Shown: positions 39,983 through 50,723 of the stretch, piece by piece
Position numbering within the stretch: the stretch's first letter is position 1
Layout of the letters: each line of letters begins with the position of its first letter
Origin: Candidatus Micrarchaeia archaeon
Lineage (GTDB): Archaea > Micrarchaeota > Micrarchaeia > CABMEP01
Assembly: GCA_038881595.1 (NCBI GenBank)
Contig: JAVZPM010000001.1
Span: 96,001 to 160,000, forward strand
Direction: 5' to 3'
DNA: 64,000 nucleotides
Position numbers and translations under genes: made by a program
Notes under the pieces: generated by a model
Told to the model about the DNA's origin: nothing
Seen by the model: the letters and a program-made list of their open reading frames with translations, nothing else
Databases searched by the model: none

Positions 39983-40492
39983 TCATATTAAAATATCCAT
40001 AAATATGTGGCTTATATAACCAATAAAGCCCCATAATGCAATTAATGCAGCTTCACTGAATCCAAAAAATGTTGCAGATGCAAACACAAGGAAGGAATAC
40101 ATTAATGAGGCAAATATTCTATGCACCGGTCCTCTATGTCTTGGGATTAATGACTCTATGAAGGATGTAATTATTGATGCAATGAAAACTGAAATTGCAA
40201 ATACAGTTAGAACAACAGCTAAATCTGCATTCAACAGAGCTGAAAGATCTGGATTTATACCGAAATAAGATGAAATTGAAAGATAAATTATGGAAAGAAG
40301 AATTATCAAAACAACCCACCTAAAAATCCCTCTAATCTTGCTTCTTTTATGATCTATATCCGGTATTAATGAACCAAGTACTGTTGCTATAACTGCTGCG
40401 AATAATACGTTTTGATCCATACCTGAATTTATAATTATACACAATATACCAAGGATTATTCCTACAATTGAATGAATTATCCAATTGCTCAT
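39983..40492 (-). CDS. Membrane-bound metal-dependent hydrolase (YdjM-like)
   Basis: H...GSLIPDIDH...HRGPVH...SHIFMD motifs with TM helices. Confidence 0.85.
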   Translation of the reverse strand: MSNWIIHSIVGIILGILCIIINSGMDQNVLFAAVIATVLGSLIPDIDHKRSKIRGIFRWVVLIILLSIIYLSISSYFGINPDLSALLNADLAVVLTVFAISVFIASIITSFIESLIPRHRGPVHRIFASLMYSFLVFASATFFGFSEAALIALWGFIGYISHIFMDILI

Positions 40493-40559
40493 CAAAACAC
40501 CAACATCAATCTAATTGTGACATGAAATATTATAAAGATAAAAATAAAAAGATATACAA

Positions 40560-40573
40560 ACAATATATATTGT
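40560..40573. promoter_or_regulatory. Palindrome ACAATATATATTGT upstream of hsp20 (candidate operator)
   Basis: Perfect 14-bp inverted repeat between a TATTATAAA box and the RBS. Confidence 0.55.
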
Positions 40574-40582
40574 GGTGGGTAA

Positions 40583-41101
40583 ATGGTCAAAAAACGAAGA
40601 TTTAGCTTTTTTGACGATGATTTTGAAAGAATGTTTGAAAGAATTTTTGAGGAGATGACAAGAGGATTTGAGGATTTTGAAGAACTAGAAAAAAGAGCAA
40701 GAGAAGGTAAATCTTTTGTAAGAGGATTCTCCATAACAATAGGACCAGATGGAAAACCAATAATACAGGAATTCGGAGACAAGCCACAGATTACACCTAA
40801 AGGAGTGGAGGAAAAAAGAGAACCGCTTGTTGATGTAATAAATGAAAAAAATAATATCAAGATAATAGCTGAATTACCTGGTGTTAGAAAAGAAGACATC
40901 GAATTAAATGCAACTGAAAAAGGACTTGAAATAAAAGTAGACACACCAGATAGGAAATATTACAAGAAACTTGAACTTCCAGCAAAGATAAAGCCTGAAA
41001 CAGCTGATGCTAAATATAACAATGGTGTTTTAGAAGTTATAGTCAAAAAAGTTGAACCTTCAAAGGAAGAAGAAAAGAAAAAGAGAATAAACATTAAATA
41101 A
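40583..41101 (+). CDS. Small heat-shock protein Hsp20
   Basis: GFSITIGPDGKP, REPLVDV, AELPGV, AKYNNGVLEV and C-terminal I-x-I motifs. Confidence 0.96.
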   Translation: MVKKRRFSFFDDDFERMFERIFEEMTRGFEDFEELEKRAREGKSFVRGFSITIGPDGKPIIQEFGDKPQITPKGVEEKREPLVDVINEKNNIKIIAELPGVRKEDIELNATEKGLEIKVDTPDRKYYKKLELPAKIKPETADAKYNNGVLEVIVKKVEPSKEEEKKKRINIK

Positions 41102-41143
41102 AATCTATATAAATTTTTTATTTAATTATCAAAAGGTGATACT

Positions 41144-42040
41144 ATGATAAAAGGCTCTCCTGATTTACAAGTTTGGATTTCAACAGCTTTAGTATTTGGT
41201 TTAATAGCAGGTATACTCGGAGTTATAATGCTTATGACTGGAAATGAAATATCTATATTTGTAGTATTATTTTTCAGCCTAATATTATTAGGGATCCAAT
41301 GGTATTTAGGTCCAATAATTGTCAAGTGGGTAAGCGGAGCAAGAGAAGTAAGTGTTAATGAAGCACCTGAACTTCATGCTGCTGTTGAAAGAATTGCTAA
41401 AGAATCTGGAATACCTAAGCCGAAGTTATACATTGTAAATAGTCAAGTACCTAATGCTTTTGCTTTTGGAAGGGGAAAAAATGACGCTGGAATTGCAATA
41501 CATACTGGATTATTGCAGAGATTAAACAAACAAGAGGTTGAAGCAGTAATTGCACATGAAATAGGGCATATTAAGCACAATGATGTTGTGATAATGACCA
41601 TTGCAAGTGTTATACCTGTATTATTATACTACTTTGCAGTTGCACTTATTAGCGGAAGAGATGATAGACCAAACCCAATCGCTGTATTTGTAGGTGCAAT
41701 TCTTGCAAGACTTTTAGGACAATTGGTTGTACTTTGGCTATCAAGACAAAGAGAATATTATGCAGATGCACACAGTGCATACATAATGAAAGATTCAATG
41801 CCTTTAGCAAGAGCATTGGTAAAAATTACATATAATATTCCTCAAAATAGCACGAATGAATCTTTAAGTACACTATATGTAGCTGAGTATGAGGTTGTTT
41901 CCAGCAGAATTGCTAATGCAATTAGCAGAAATGATCCAAATGCTTTACTAGCAGCAATTGAAAAGGAACCAGATAATCCATTTGAGATTATAAGTACGCA
42001 TCCAAGCCTAAAGAAGAGAATAAAAGCCTTATTCTCTTAA
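41144..42040 (+). CDS. htpX: Zinc metalloprotease HtpX (M48)
   Basis: PNAFA, AHEIGH, SRQREYYAD and STHP motifs. Confidence 0.95.
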   Translation: MIKGSPDLQVWISTALVFGLIAGILGVIMLMTGNEISIFVVLFFSLILLGIQWYLGPIIVKWVSGAREVSVNEAPELHAAVERIAKESGIPKPKLYIVNSQVPNAFAFGRGKNDAGIAIHTGLLQRLNKQEVEAVIAHEIGHIKHNDVVIMTIASVIPVLLYYFAVALISGRDDRPNPIAVFVGAILARLLGQLVVLWLSRQREYYADAHSAYIMKDSMPLARALVKITYNIPQNSTNESLSTLYVAEYEVVSSRIANAISRNDPNALLAAIEKEPDNPFEIISTHPSLKKRIKALFS

Positions 42041-42081
42041 TAAATAATTTATTTATTGAATTTGAATGTGTGAGGTTTTAT

Positions 42082-42600
42082 ATGTTAACTATAAAACATT
42101 ACAGAAGGCCGATCGCTGCTATCAGTATCACAGGTGACAGATCAAGGATCACGCCTTCTGTTCTTACTAAATTTCTAAAGCCTTTGGTTGAAAAAAACAT
42201 ACAGATTTATGCAATATCTACTGGAGAAAAAGAAGTGATACTTTTTATTGATGAGGCAGAAAGTGACAAGGCAGTTATATATCTTACTGAAGAAGCTGCA
42301 GAAAGTTCATTTGAATGTATAGCTGTAAGAAGAGGCCTAGGTATGATTAGTGTTAACGGGCCAGAGATGGTTACTACACCAGGTCTTTTAAATAAACTTA
42401 CCTCTCCCTTAGCAAAGCAAAGAATCAATATAGTTGCAGTAACTTCTGCATTCGATTCTGTAATATTCTTTTTTGATTTGAAAGACGCTGAGAAAGTGTT
42501 TAAATTCTGGGAGAACTATGTACCAGAAAAAATAAGTATATTTAGAAAAGCAAAAGAAAAAGTAAGTGGAATATTGAGAACTATCATTCCTAAGAAGTAA
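42082..42600 (+). CDS. ACT-domain protein (aspartokinase regulatory-like)
   Basis: Two ACT-like repeats, e.g. ISVNGPEMVTTPGLL...INI. Confidence 0.75.
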   Translation: MLTIKHYRRPIAAISITGDRSRITPSVLTKFLKPLVEKNIQIYAISTGEKEVILFIDEAESDKAVIYLTEEAAESSFECIAVRRGLGMISVNGPEMVTTPGLLNKLTSPLAKQRINIVAVTSAFDSVIFFFDLKDAEKVFKFWENYVPEKISIFRKAKEKVSGILRTIIPKK

Positions 42601-42645
42601 TGTTTTTACTGTTTCTTTTCTCTTCATTTCTAAAAAATAATCTCT

Positions 42646-44781
42646 CTAAGTTAGTCCACATGTTACTCTTGCAGCAACTGCATCTTTAATTACTTGTAAG
42701 ATAGAACTGTCAAAATCATAAGTAGGGATTTGATTGTTTCCAGAAGGTGGTTGAGGGGTTTGCGGTTCTGTAGACTCTGGTGGTTGTATTGGTGGCGTAG
42801 GTGAGGTAGGTAAAGAAGGTTGTTCAGGAATTGTGGGAGTCTGATATTTACAATTCTGATCATATAACATACAATAGAATATATCTTGATACTCTTTACA
42901 TAATGTCAAATAAAGATCACAGAATGAAGATTGCATGTATACTGCTTTAGAATTAATTGAAGAAGGTTCTAGTAAAAAGATATGTGATTTGATATTCCTT
43001 TCCATATTTGCAGAAGGAGAATATTTATTAAATTCTTGATTATAAGCTGCTTCTCCTTTTAATGTTCCATATACAATGAAATATGCAAGTAATGTATCAT
43101 CAATATTCGATTTCTTGTTTAGTGTTTTATTTTGATAATATGCCATTGTCTCTGCAAGACAGCATAAATCTCTTTGTTCCTGATTTGAATAAATTTCGCA
43201 TTTATTTCCACAGTGCTTTTCATATTGCTGAAGCTGATTTTGATAATATCCTAATTTCTGAAGTGTTGCCATGAAAAGAGATGAATCTATAAAATACTTC
43301 GAAGCAATATTGGATATAAACTTATTATTCTTCTCGCAATAAGGACTAAAGAAAGTACCCGGTCCTGCAGATATTTCGTAAAACAATTTTGAATTGCATG
43401 TTTCATCTTTCTTTATTCTTTGTAAAGGTAATTCACTATAATTTTTTACATCACCAAACATAAACATTGTAGTTGATGATTTATACATTGCGCAAGCTGA
43501 AGGCTTGTCACCTTCCCTTGAGAAAATACTATATGTTGCAAAATTAAATGAAGAAGATGCTGGTGTATAATAAATAGAGCAGAAGAAGCTAATTGACTTA
43601 TACATCTCAGAAGAAAGTTGTGATATATCTGGTGCTATTATTCCTATAACACCTGAAGAAACTAAATCTGGAATAGACCTTATAAGATAATCATAAAACC
43701 TAGCTATAGATTCATTAGTCCACTCACATGTTTTCTTTGTATTTTTTCCTTCGCTTCCTTTTACGATTACTATCACAGGTTTGTTATACTTTTCAGTGAT
43801 ATTTTGAGCAAATGATTTAATCGAATTTGTTTCGTTTTGAATCGATATTAATGGATCACAAGTGTCAAACGAATTAAGGTCTGCGGTAAATGCGATTACA
43901 TCTATACTCTCCCAGTCTAATGGATAGTTTTTATAATAATCTAATGTATCCAGATCGCCATATTTTATTGTAGCTGTCACAATGCAATTTTTGCAACTTG
44001 TATTTATAGAGTAAAATGAACCTATAGGGGAGATAATATTTGGATCAAATTTAGATTTGTTAAATTCATATCCTGGAGATATAAATGCTGGTCCCTCCCC
44101 GTCTATCTTTTTTGTAAACGAACTTAAAGAGCTTTCAAGTTTTCCAAATTTATAGAATGGGATTGTGCCTGAATTTAATATACAATCATTCATATTAGTA
44201 AATCTTTTCTTAACACTATCACTCTCTATTTCTTTTGGGATAGATGACACATCAATAAGATTAATTCCCAAATGTCCGTTACAGCTAGAAAATATCTCAT
44301 CTCCGGCATAAGCACTATCACCAATCCCTATCATTACTGGCTGAATAAACTTTGAACTTGAAGATGACGTACCTGTTTGAGAGGATCCTGAACCTGACTG
44401 AGAAGTAGTTTCTAATATTCTAGTAAGGCCTGTAAGAGAATTCAATCTCTTTAAGTCTTCTTCATTGTCCAGATTAAATTGTTGAAATGTACATTCTTTA
44501 CCTGCAAGACTTGCGGTTTCTTTTGAAAAATATCCTTTTACTGAACTCCAAACTTTTATCCACCATGAAGAATATTCGCACACCATTACCGTACAATTGT
44601 TAAAAGATGGATAAATCTGTTGAATGTGTTCAATTTGATCTTTTTTAATATATTGATCTATTGGTTCGATCTTTTTTATACAACCGAAAAGAGATATTGA
44701 TACGAATGTAATAACAAGAAGTATAAGAAAAAATCTTTTACCTTTAGAATCTAATGAAATTCTTAAGTTATTTTCAACCAT
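42646..44781 (-). CDS. Large Cys-rich exported (lipo)protein
   Basis: Hydrophobic N-terminus ending LFGC, many Cys, Ser- and Pro-rich linkers; last gene of the CedA-like block. Confidence 0.75.
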   Translation of the reverse strand: MVENNLRISLDSKGKRFFLILLVITFVSISLFGCIKKIEPIDQYIKKDQIEHIQQIYPSFNNCTVMVCEYSSWWIKVWSSVKGYFSKETASLAGKECTFQQFNLDNEEDLKRLNSLTGLTRILETTSQSGSGSSQTGTSSSSSKFIQPVMIGIGDSAYAGDEIFSSCNGHLGINLIDVSSIPKEIESDSVKKRFTNMNDCILNSGTIPFYKFGKLESSLSSFTKKIDGEGPAFISPGYEFNKSKFDPNIISPIGSFYSINTSCKNCIVTATIKYGDLDTLDYYKNYPLDWESIDVIAFTADLNSFDTCDPLISIQNETNSIKSFAQNITEKYNKPVIVIVKGSEGKNTKKTCEWTNESIARFYDYLIRSIPDLVSSGVIGIIAPDISQLSSEMYKSISFFCSIYYTPASSSFNFATYSIFSREGDKPSACAMYKSSTTMFMFGDVKNYSELPLQRIKKDETCNSKLFYEISAGPGTFFSPYCEKNNKFISNIASKYFIDSSLFMATLQKLGYYQNQLQQYEKHCGNKCEIYSNQEQRDLCCLAETMAYYQNKTLNKKSNIDDTLLAYFIVYGTLKGEAAYNQEFNKYSPSANMERNIKSHIFLLEPSSINSKAVYMQSSFCDLYLTLCKEYQDIFYCMLYDQNCKYQTPTIPEQPSLPTSPTPPIQPPESTEPQTPQPPSGNNQIPTYDFDSSILQVIKDAVAARVTCGLT

Positions 44782-44800
44782 AAGACCACTTTATTTATTT

Positions 44801-46564
44801 TTATTCGTTTGCCTTTTCATTCTCTTTTGGTTTTTGCTCTTCCATTAATAATTCTTCAAGGCCTTCTATTGTAAATTCTGTATCGTATTTACCTGTTTTT
44901 ATATTTTCTAAATATGCTTTAGCACGTCTTAATATTTGGTAATAAAGGAATCCGATTTGAATTGTTAGTTTATCTTTAGTTTTTTCATCGTTTGCTTTAA
45001 CTGCAGATTTATATTGTTTAAGAAGATTTTGAAGTTTTGCTATCATATTTTCATATTCTTCTTTAGTCATTGCAATTTGCAATATCTCCTTGTTCATTCG
45101 TTTGTATCCTTTTGGCTTAATTTCATTGATCAGTTCTGATATAAATTTAGTCTTTTCTATATAATTCATCTTTCTTATTTCACTTAGACGGATATCTCCT
45201 TTCTTTATTAATGATTCTACGCTCGGTTGCATTTTATTGAATGCTGCAATAAATTTAGATATATACAATCTGTCGAGTTCAACTTTAGCTTTAATTAATG
45301 GATGAATCTGTTCATTAATTATCTCATTTGGAACATCCTTAGGTACTAATACTTTAACTAATTCACTTATTTTTTCATCTAATCCCTTTTCTAATGATTG
45401 TATATTGACTGTTTTTGTTTCCTTATTGATGTGTTTTTTATCCTTTATTTCATTTAATAGAATTTTCTCTGCCTCTACTAATGAATTTCCAAGAACTTCG
45501 GGATCTAGATTAGTTGCATTTGTTCCTGCTGTAGCAGAGATTATCTTATTCGTTACTTCAATAGCAGCTGAAAGTTCTTCTCTATACATCCTTAATCTAT
45601 CTTTAAGATCTTGGATTTCTATTCTCTTGCGGAACTTTTCATCTGTCAATTTTCCTTTTGGATATGGTGGTTGTAATTTAAGTTTTTCCTCTGTCTCTTT
45701 CATTTGCTTAGCAGCCCATTCTCTTCTTTGTTGAAGTTTGTTAAGAATACCCTTATCTGTAACAAACTTAACTAAGTTTAGCGATGCTTTAGATGGATTT
45801 ATATATGCCTGTCTTTGAATTTCTGTTAGAATCTTCTTTTCCTCTTTAGTTTCTACATATTTATCTAATGCAGATGCTGCAGAAATTATTTTTGAAGAAG
45901 CAGGTACAGAATAAACTATTAATGGAAGTTGCGGCATTTTTGACCATTTAAGTTTTTGTGGCTTTGGATAGGAAGGACCTCTTGTTTTTGGAGTTGTTAT
46001 ATCTAACAAAGCTAATGGGTCTCTACCAGAAGCATACAATGCTGCAATTAATGCTCCGATAATAAAGAATATAATGAGCCAACTTGCATCTACAATTTCA
46101 TTAAGTGGCGGAATTGGAAATAATTTTGGAATTGAAATCGTAAATTGAGAGGTTGCATAACTTGAATTTCCTTCGAATACAAAAAGAATTGCTGGATTGG
46201 ATTCGACTATTCTTCCTATGCAACTTCCTTTTCCGTCTTGGCCCGTTATGAATTCACAAACATACCTTTTATCCTCTGGCTTAGCTGGATTGATTGAATA
46301 AACTAATATTCTGGCAGAGGAAATTGGCGAATATTTAAAATTATTAATTATTGTTGAGGGATCAACTTTTCCAGTTTCTAACCTTTCCTTTAAAATTGTT
46401 CTATCTTCAGGAACTGAAATAGAAACGAGTGTTGCAGAAAAATTGTAATTATTGTTTGTCTGTTCCTTTGCATCTGCATAAAGTATGTATGTTGGTATTG
46501 CTTGTGCTGTAATTAGACTGATGAAGAATATAGAGAATATCAAAATTTTAATTATATTACACAT
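44801..46564 (-). CDS. Single-pass membrane protein: extracellular Ig-like domain, TM helix, cytoplasmic coiled region
   Basis: Signal peptide; T-x-QDGKG...F-x-GN-x2-Y Ig-like pattern; TM helix followed by YASGRDPLALLDITTPK. Confidence 0.75.
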   Translation of the reverse strand: MCNIIKILIFSIFFISLITAQAIPTYILYADAKEQTNNNYNFSATLVSISVPEDRTILKERLETGKVDPSTIINNFKYSPISSARILVYSINPAKPEDKRYVCEFITGQDGKGSCIGRIVESNPAILFVFEGNSSYATSQFTISIPKLFPIPPLNEIVDASWLIIFFIIGALIAALYASGRDPLALLDITTPKTRGPSYPKPQKLKWSKMPQLPLIVYSVPASSKIISAASALDKYVETKEEKKILTEIQRQAYINPSKASLNLVKFVTDKGILNKLQQRREWAAKQMKETEEKLKLQPPYPKGKLTDEKFRKRIEIQDLKDRLRMYREELSAAIEVTNKIISATAGTNATNLDPEVLGNSLVEAEKILLNEIKDKKHINKETKTVNIQSLEKGLDEKISELVKVLVPKDVPNEIINEQIHPLIKAKVELDRLYISKFIAAFNKMQPSVESLIKKGDIRLSEIRKMNYIEKTKFISELINEIKPKGYKRMNKEILQIAMTKEEYENMIAKLQNLLKQYKSAVKANDEKTKDKLTIQIGFLYYQILRRAKAYLENIKTGKYDTEFTIEGLEELLMEEQKPKENEKANE

Positions 46565-46633
46565 ATAATCACTCTAAATATAATATAATTTTTCATTTTT
46601 ATATACTTATTGATTCTTCTGATCACTTTATGC

Positions 46634-47851
46634 TTATATTAGTTTAACCAAACCTTCCGCAAATTCCTGTATATCTGCATTTAATATAATTCCGAAAGAT
46701 TTGATAAATGTATAGGTGATAACCAATGATAAAACTGGAAATATAAAACCAAATACGAATAGTTCTCCGATCAAAGCGTTAACACTATCATTTATTTCCG
46801 TTGCAATCGCACTTATGCCCTCACCACTAATTTTTATTATCATTGATGTTATTTTTACAGGTAATGATGGAATATTAGTTACAAGATCTTGTATGCAAGA
46901 AAGTTGCATTGTTCCAGAGGTCTCTAAAAATGTAACCTGTGAGGATCCTTGAATTCCCATTGTTAGAAACAAACTGAATGTGATAGGATAAACAAAATAC
47001 AAGCCTAAAGCTATAGAAATAAACATATTGCCTATAGATCGAACAAATGGAAAACCTCTTAATACAATTCCTATTGGAAGAAATACAGTAAGCATTGTTT
47101 GCTGGATAAATGAAAGAAGATGTAATTGGAAATATAACGAATATATCAGGTATGAAAGATTTGACATTGCTCTATTTAATGATGTAAGGAATGCTCGAAA
47201 TGGAATAATCGTTAATTGTGATGTAAATGTATTTCCAACAAAGAAACTACTAATACCCTTAAATATAGAACCTATCTTAGACTGTGTTTCCACATCTTCT
47301 TTTTTATCTACTCCTGTAAACACGAAGAAAGGATATGCGATACAGAATACATCTTGATATCTCTTAATTGCAAGTTTATTGAGCGATGCTAGATAAAAAT
47401 CTGCTACTGAAAATGGTGAATAACCTTTTTGAGATATGTATTCGGTAAGCTTTTCGCTACCTGCTATATTTATGTTTTTAGATAGTAAAAATACAAATTC
47501 ACCTGACTTTGATGCCAGTACATCTACTATTGCTACTATGAAAACTGCCAACAAAAGAGTGGATAATGCATAAAGAAACTCATATTTTGCAAACTTTTCA
47601 AGATCAGAAGATTGAAATATTTTAGAAAACATATAAGCAAGGGCTGCAAACAAAAAAGAGATAGAAACTGCGATTAAGGCAATTAATTGCCAGGGAAATT
47701 CAGAAGATGTCCATACTTTATTAAATTCCTGTGCAGGACCAGATGTTTGAGCAAAGATAATAGATGAAAATGCTAAAAGAAAGAAAGTTATAATTCTAAA
47801 GTTTAATTCCTTTGTTTCGTTTGTAAATACTTTTTTATTGTATTTTTTCAT
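46634..47851 (-). CDS. CedA/VirB6-like polytopic membrane protein, paralogue 6
   Basis: FAKYEFLY; LPIGIVLRGFPFVRSIG...YFVYP; ends LVKLI. Confidence 0.65.
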   Translation of the reverse strand: MKKYNKKVFTNETKELNFRIITFFLLAFSSIIFAQTSGPAQEFNKVWTSSEFPWQLIALIAVSISFLFAALAYMFSKIFQSSDLEKFAKYEFLYALSTLLLAVFIVAIVDVLASKSGEFVFLLSKNINIAGSEKLTEYISQKGYSPFSVADFYLASLNKLAIKRYQDVFCIAYPFFVFTGVDKKEDVETQSKIGSIFKGISSFFVGNTFTSQLTIIPFRAFLTSLNRAMSNLSYLIYSLYFQLHLLSFIQQTMLTVFLPIGIVLRGFPFVRSIGNMFISIALGLYFVYPITFSLFLTMGIQGSSQVTFLETSGTMQLSCIQDLVTNIPSLPVKITSMIIKISGEGISAIATEINDSVNALIGELFVFGFIFPVLSLVITYTFIKSFGIILNADIQEFAEGLVKLI

Positions 47852-47883
47852 ACCTTCACTTCCTTCTTTTTTATTTTTAAAAT

Positions 47884-49452
47884 TTATATTAATCTCCATA
47901 TACTTGCTGTCTCAATCTCTTGTCCAAGAGCCTGAGATAGATCTGATGTTGCCTTTGCTATTATAGTTAGATTTAATAATGGTAATATTATACCCACTAT
48001 AAATGTTATCACTATATCCTTAAATAAATAATCAAACGCCTTATCTATATAGGTCTTTCCTTCATTATCTTCAAAATTAAATCTAGATAGCTCTAACTCT
48101 GTTATTATTTGCTGTGTATCTTCAGGAATTATTGAACTAAACGCCGAAACACCCATATAAACGGAGTTCTGATCCTCTTCAGTAATTATACTTCTTACAC
48201 ATACTTTGTTAGGTGCTATTCCTACGCATCTTCTTGAAATGCATTCTTCATCAAACATACAAGATTCACCTATCTTCTTTAATCTTGTACATGTTTTTAT
48301 ATTTGAAATATCTGTTTTACAAAATGAAAGTGCGCAATCACTATCGAAGATGCAATTTTGACCAGGAAGCTTACCTAATTCACATCTTTTAGTTGTTAAA
48401 TTTAAAATTAAACCTTTACAACAGGGTAGTCCATCTGAAATAAATCCTTCAGAAACACATTTTATGCATCTTTTAGATGATGAATTACAAAATCCTGATT
48501 GACACTCAAAATCGTTTCTACAGATCTCTCCTTCCTTTTTCATAGGATTACACATTTTAATTCCAAGTGTTGAATTGTACTCGCAGATATGAGAGTAACA
48601 ATCAGAATCATCCTGACATTGCAAGCTTAATTCCTTTATCGGTTCAGATATATAACTTCCGACTAATAGACTATTAATTAATAATACAATTGGAATAAAG
48701 ATATATAACGCGATTCCTATACCTAATAATCCCCCACCAAATTTTCTAAATGGATAAATAGATCTAAAAACTATTCCTATTGGAATAAAGAACTTTAAAG
48801 AAATTAAAGGCATGATTAATAAAATATTTATCATTACAAGAATAGCCATATATGCACTTGCAAGAGAAGAAAATATAGCAAGTGATGCATCTGAAAAATA
48901 CGAGATTGGATTTATTAGTGCTCCAAATAAACCACTCTTTGCTATTGAACTATCTAACTTGTATTCGAATGAAGAGATTAATGATAATGACGAACCTAAT
49001 GCACCCATTTTTATAGCTGCACTAACTATATAATCTTTAACCGAAGATAAATAATTATAAGATGCGATATAAGGCGGGTCATTCAAATTAAATATTGAAG
49101 AAATAATATCGCTGCACATAAATGTCTCAACTATAAATACTAAAAATATTATAATAACAAAAGTGAAAAAGAATTGAAACAATTCCTCTTTGGCCCTATT
49201 TATAAATGAAGAATCGATAACTGATCCATAAAGATACAAAGCTGCAATAAAAACTGCACTCAATAGTAATCCTATTGCTGACAAAATTCTCCAATCATCA
49301 CTATTGAGTGTAAATTCACATGCTTCATTATTCAAATCTTCTATTTTCTTAGCTTTTTCTATTTGTATTGGTTGGGCAAAGATAGACGCAACTAATAATA
49401 GAAATAAAATGATGAACAATTTTTTACTTTTTATTAAATCTATTTCTCTCAC
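47884..49452 (-). CDS. CedA/VirB6-like membrane protein with Cys-rich insert, paralogue 5
   Basis: RAKEELFQ; IPIGIVFRSIYPFRKFGG...YIFIP; 20-Cys insert. Confidence 0.65.
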   Translation of the reverse strand: MREIDLIKSKKLFIILFLLLVASIFAQPIQIEKAKKIEDLNNEACEFTLNSDDWRILSAIGLLLSAVFIAALYLYGSVIDSSFINRAKEELFQFFFTFVIIIFLVFIVETFMCSDIISSIFNLNDPPYIASYNYLSSVKDYIVSAAIKMGALGSSLSLISSFEYKLDSSIAKSGLFGALINPISYFSDASLAIFSSLASAYMAILVMINILLIMPLISLKFFIPIGIVFRSIYPFRKFGGGLLGIGIALYIFIPIVLLINSLLVGSYISEPIKELSLQCQDDSDCYSHICEYNSTLGIKMCNPMKKEGEICRNDFECQSGFCNSSSKRCIKCVSEGFISDGLPCCKGLILNLTTKRCELGKLPGQNCIFDSDCALSFCKTDISNIKTCTRLKKIGESCMFDEECISRRCVGIAPNKVCVRSIITEEDQNSVYMGVSAFSSIIPEDTQQIITELELSRFNFEDNEGKTYIDKAFDYLFKDIVITFIVGIILPLLNLTIIAKATSDLSQALGQEIETASIWRLI

Positions 49453-49546
49453 ATCATCACACTCTATGATTGCTCATTGCGATCTATATTATTTATTATA
49501 GATTTTATACATAATTGCTAGTTGAATTAAAGTTACAAATTATTAC

Positions 49547-50686
49547 TTATAAATATTTAATTAAATCTCCAAACGATACATCTGCACCTAGCAATGAACC
49601 CAATTCTCTTGCTATAACAATTGTTATTGTAAAATCTATAATCGGTATTAATGTAAACAATATAAATGCAAATGCCGCTTCTGTAAATATTATAAATACA
49701 AAATTAAAAACATATTTGAAAGCAGAAAATGTTACTATAGTAATATTATTTGAAGATTTTTGCAAACATTCTAAAAAACCACTTGAAAACACATCTCTAA
49801 CTTTACATCCTTCTATATCAGTTTGCTTATCTATTCTTGCGCCTAAAATATCTCTCCAACTTTTATTCCCTGATAATCCTTCATTAAGTACTGCGTTTAC
49901 TATATTTTGATTTAATAAATAAGTCAATGGAAATATAATATATAATGAGATAGCAAGAACTATCAAAAGATTTGCAACTCTTCTACTAAAGTTGAATATT
50001 CTAAAGAATAAACCCAATGGAAGAATAAAAACAAACGCGACATTTTCTACAAACTCTAAGAAATAGATTTGCATTGAATTGAGAGCATAAACCACTCCAA
50101 ATCCACTTATAGCTATATCTATTATTTTTGTAATGGGATCAAAAAATGCATCTATAACTCCTCCAATGTCTATAGATACCACACTAAATACTGAAACAAA
50201 CTTTGAAATAAGGTTGCTAATATCTGGAAGTGATGAAACACTCATACTAGTTGCTATTTTTCCTCCGCCCAAAACTGTTTTTTCTGAGATTAGTCCACCC
50301 ATAATAAATGTAAGATATGATCTTACAGAATAAAGGTAATTCTTTGCATTTTCAATTGCTGGATTGGCTGCATTTGGTGAAGAAAGGTTGTATGCTTCAA
50401 AAATTATGCTTTCTATTTTTAAAATTCCAAATATTAAGAAAACTATAAAGGAAAATACTATTATTTGATATAGTTCATTATTTGCCCAAGCACTAAGTTC
50501 TTTCACACCAAATGCTTTTGATAACATAAGACCTAACGCTATAAATATTAGAGATAGAATTATTGCTGCCAAAACTGTTAATTCCCAGGGTACAGATCTT
50601 AGTGTTGGAATGTTTGTTTGCGGAACTTCTGCTACCAAAATCGGTAAAAGAAATAAAATGAATACAATAATTTTATTTATATCCAT
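49547..50686 (-). CDS. CedA/VirB6-like membrane protein, paralogue 4
   Basis: WANNELYQ; LPLGLFFRIFNFSRRVA...YIIFP; LGAD tail. Confidence 0.65.
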   Translation of the reverse strand: MDINKIIVFILFLLPILVAEVPQTNIPTLRSVPWELTVLAAIILSLIFIALGLMLSKAFGVKELSAWANNELYQIIVFSFIVFLIFGILKIESIIFEAYNLSSPNAANPAIENAKNYLYSVRSYLTFIMGGLISEKTVLGGGKIATSMSVSSLPDISNLISKFVSVFSVVSIDIGGVIDAFFDPITKIIDIAISGFGVVYALNSMQIYFLEFVENVAFVFILPLGLFFRIFNFSRRVANLLIVLAISLYIIFPLTYLLNQNIVNAVLNEGLSGNKSWRDILGARIDKQTDIEGCKVRDVFSSGFLECLQKSSNNITIVTFSAFKYVFNFVFIIFTEAAFAFILFTLIPIIDFTITIVIARELGSLLGADVSFGDLIKYL

Positions 50687-50723
50687 ATTCTCACTACATA
50701 TACTCTTTTTCTATCCCAATTAA

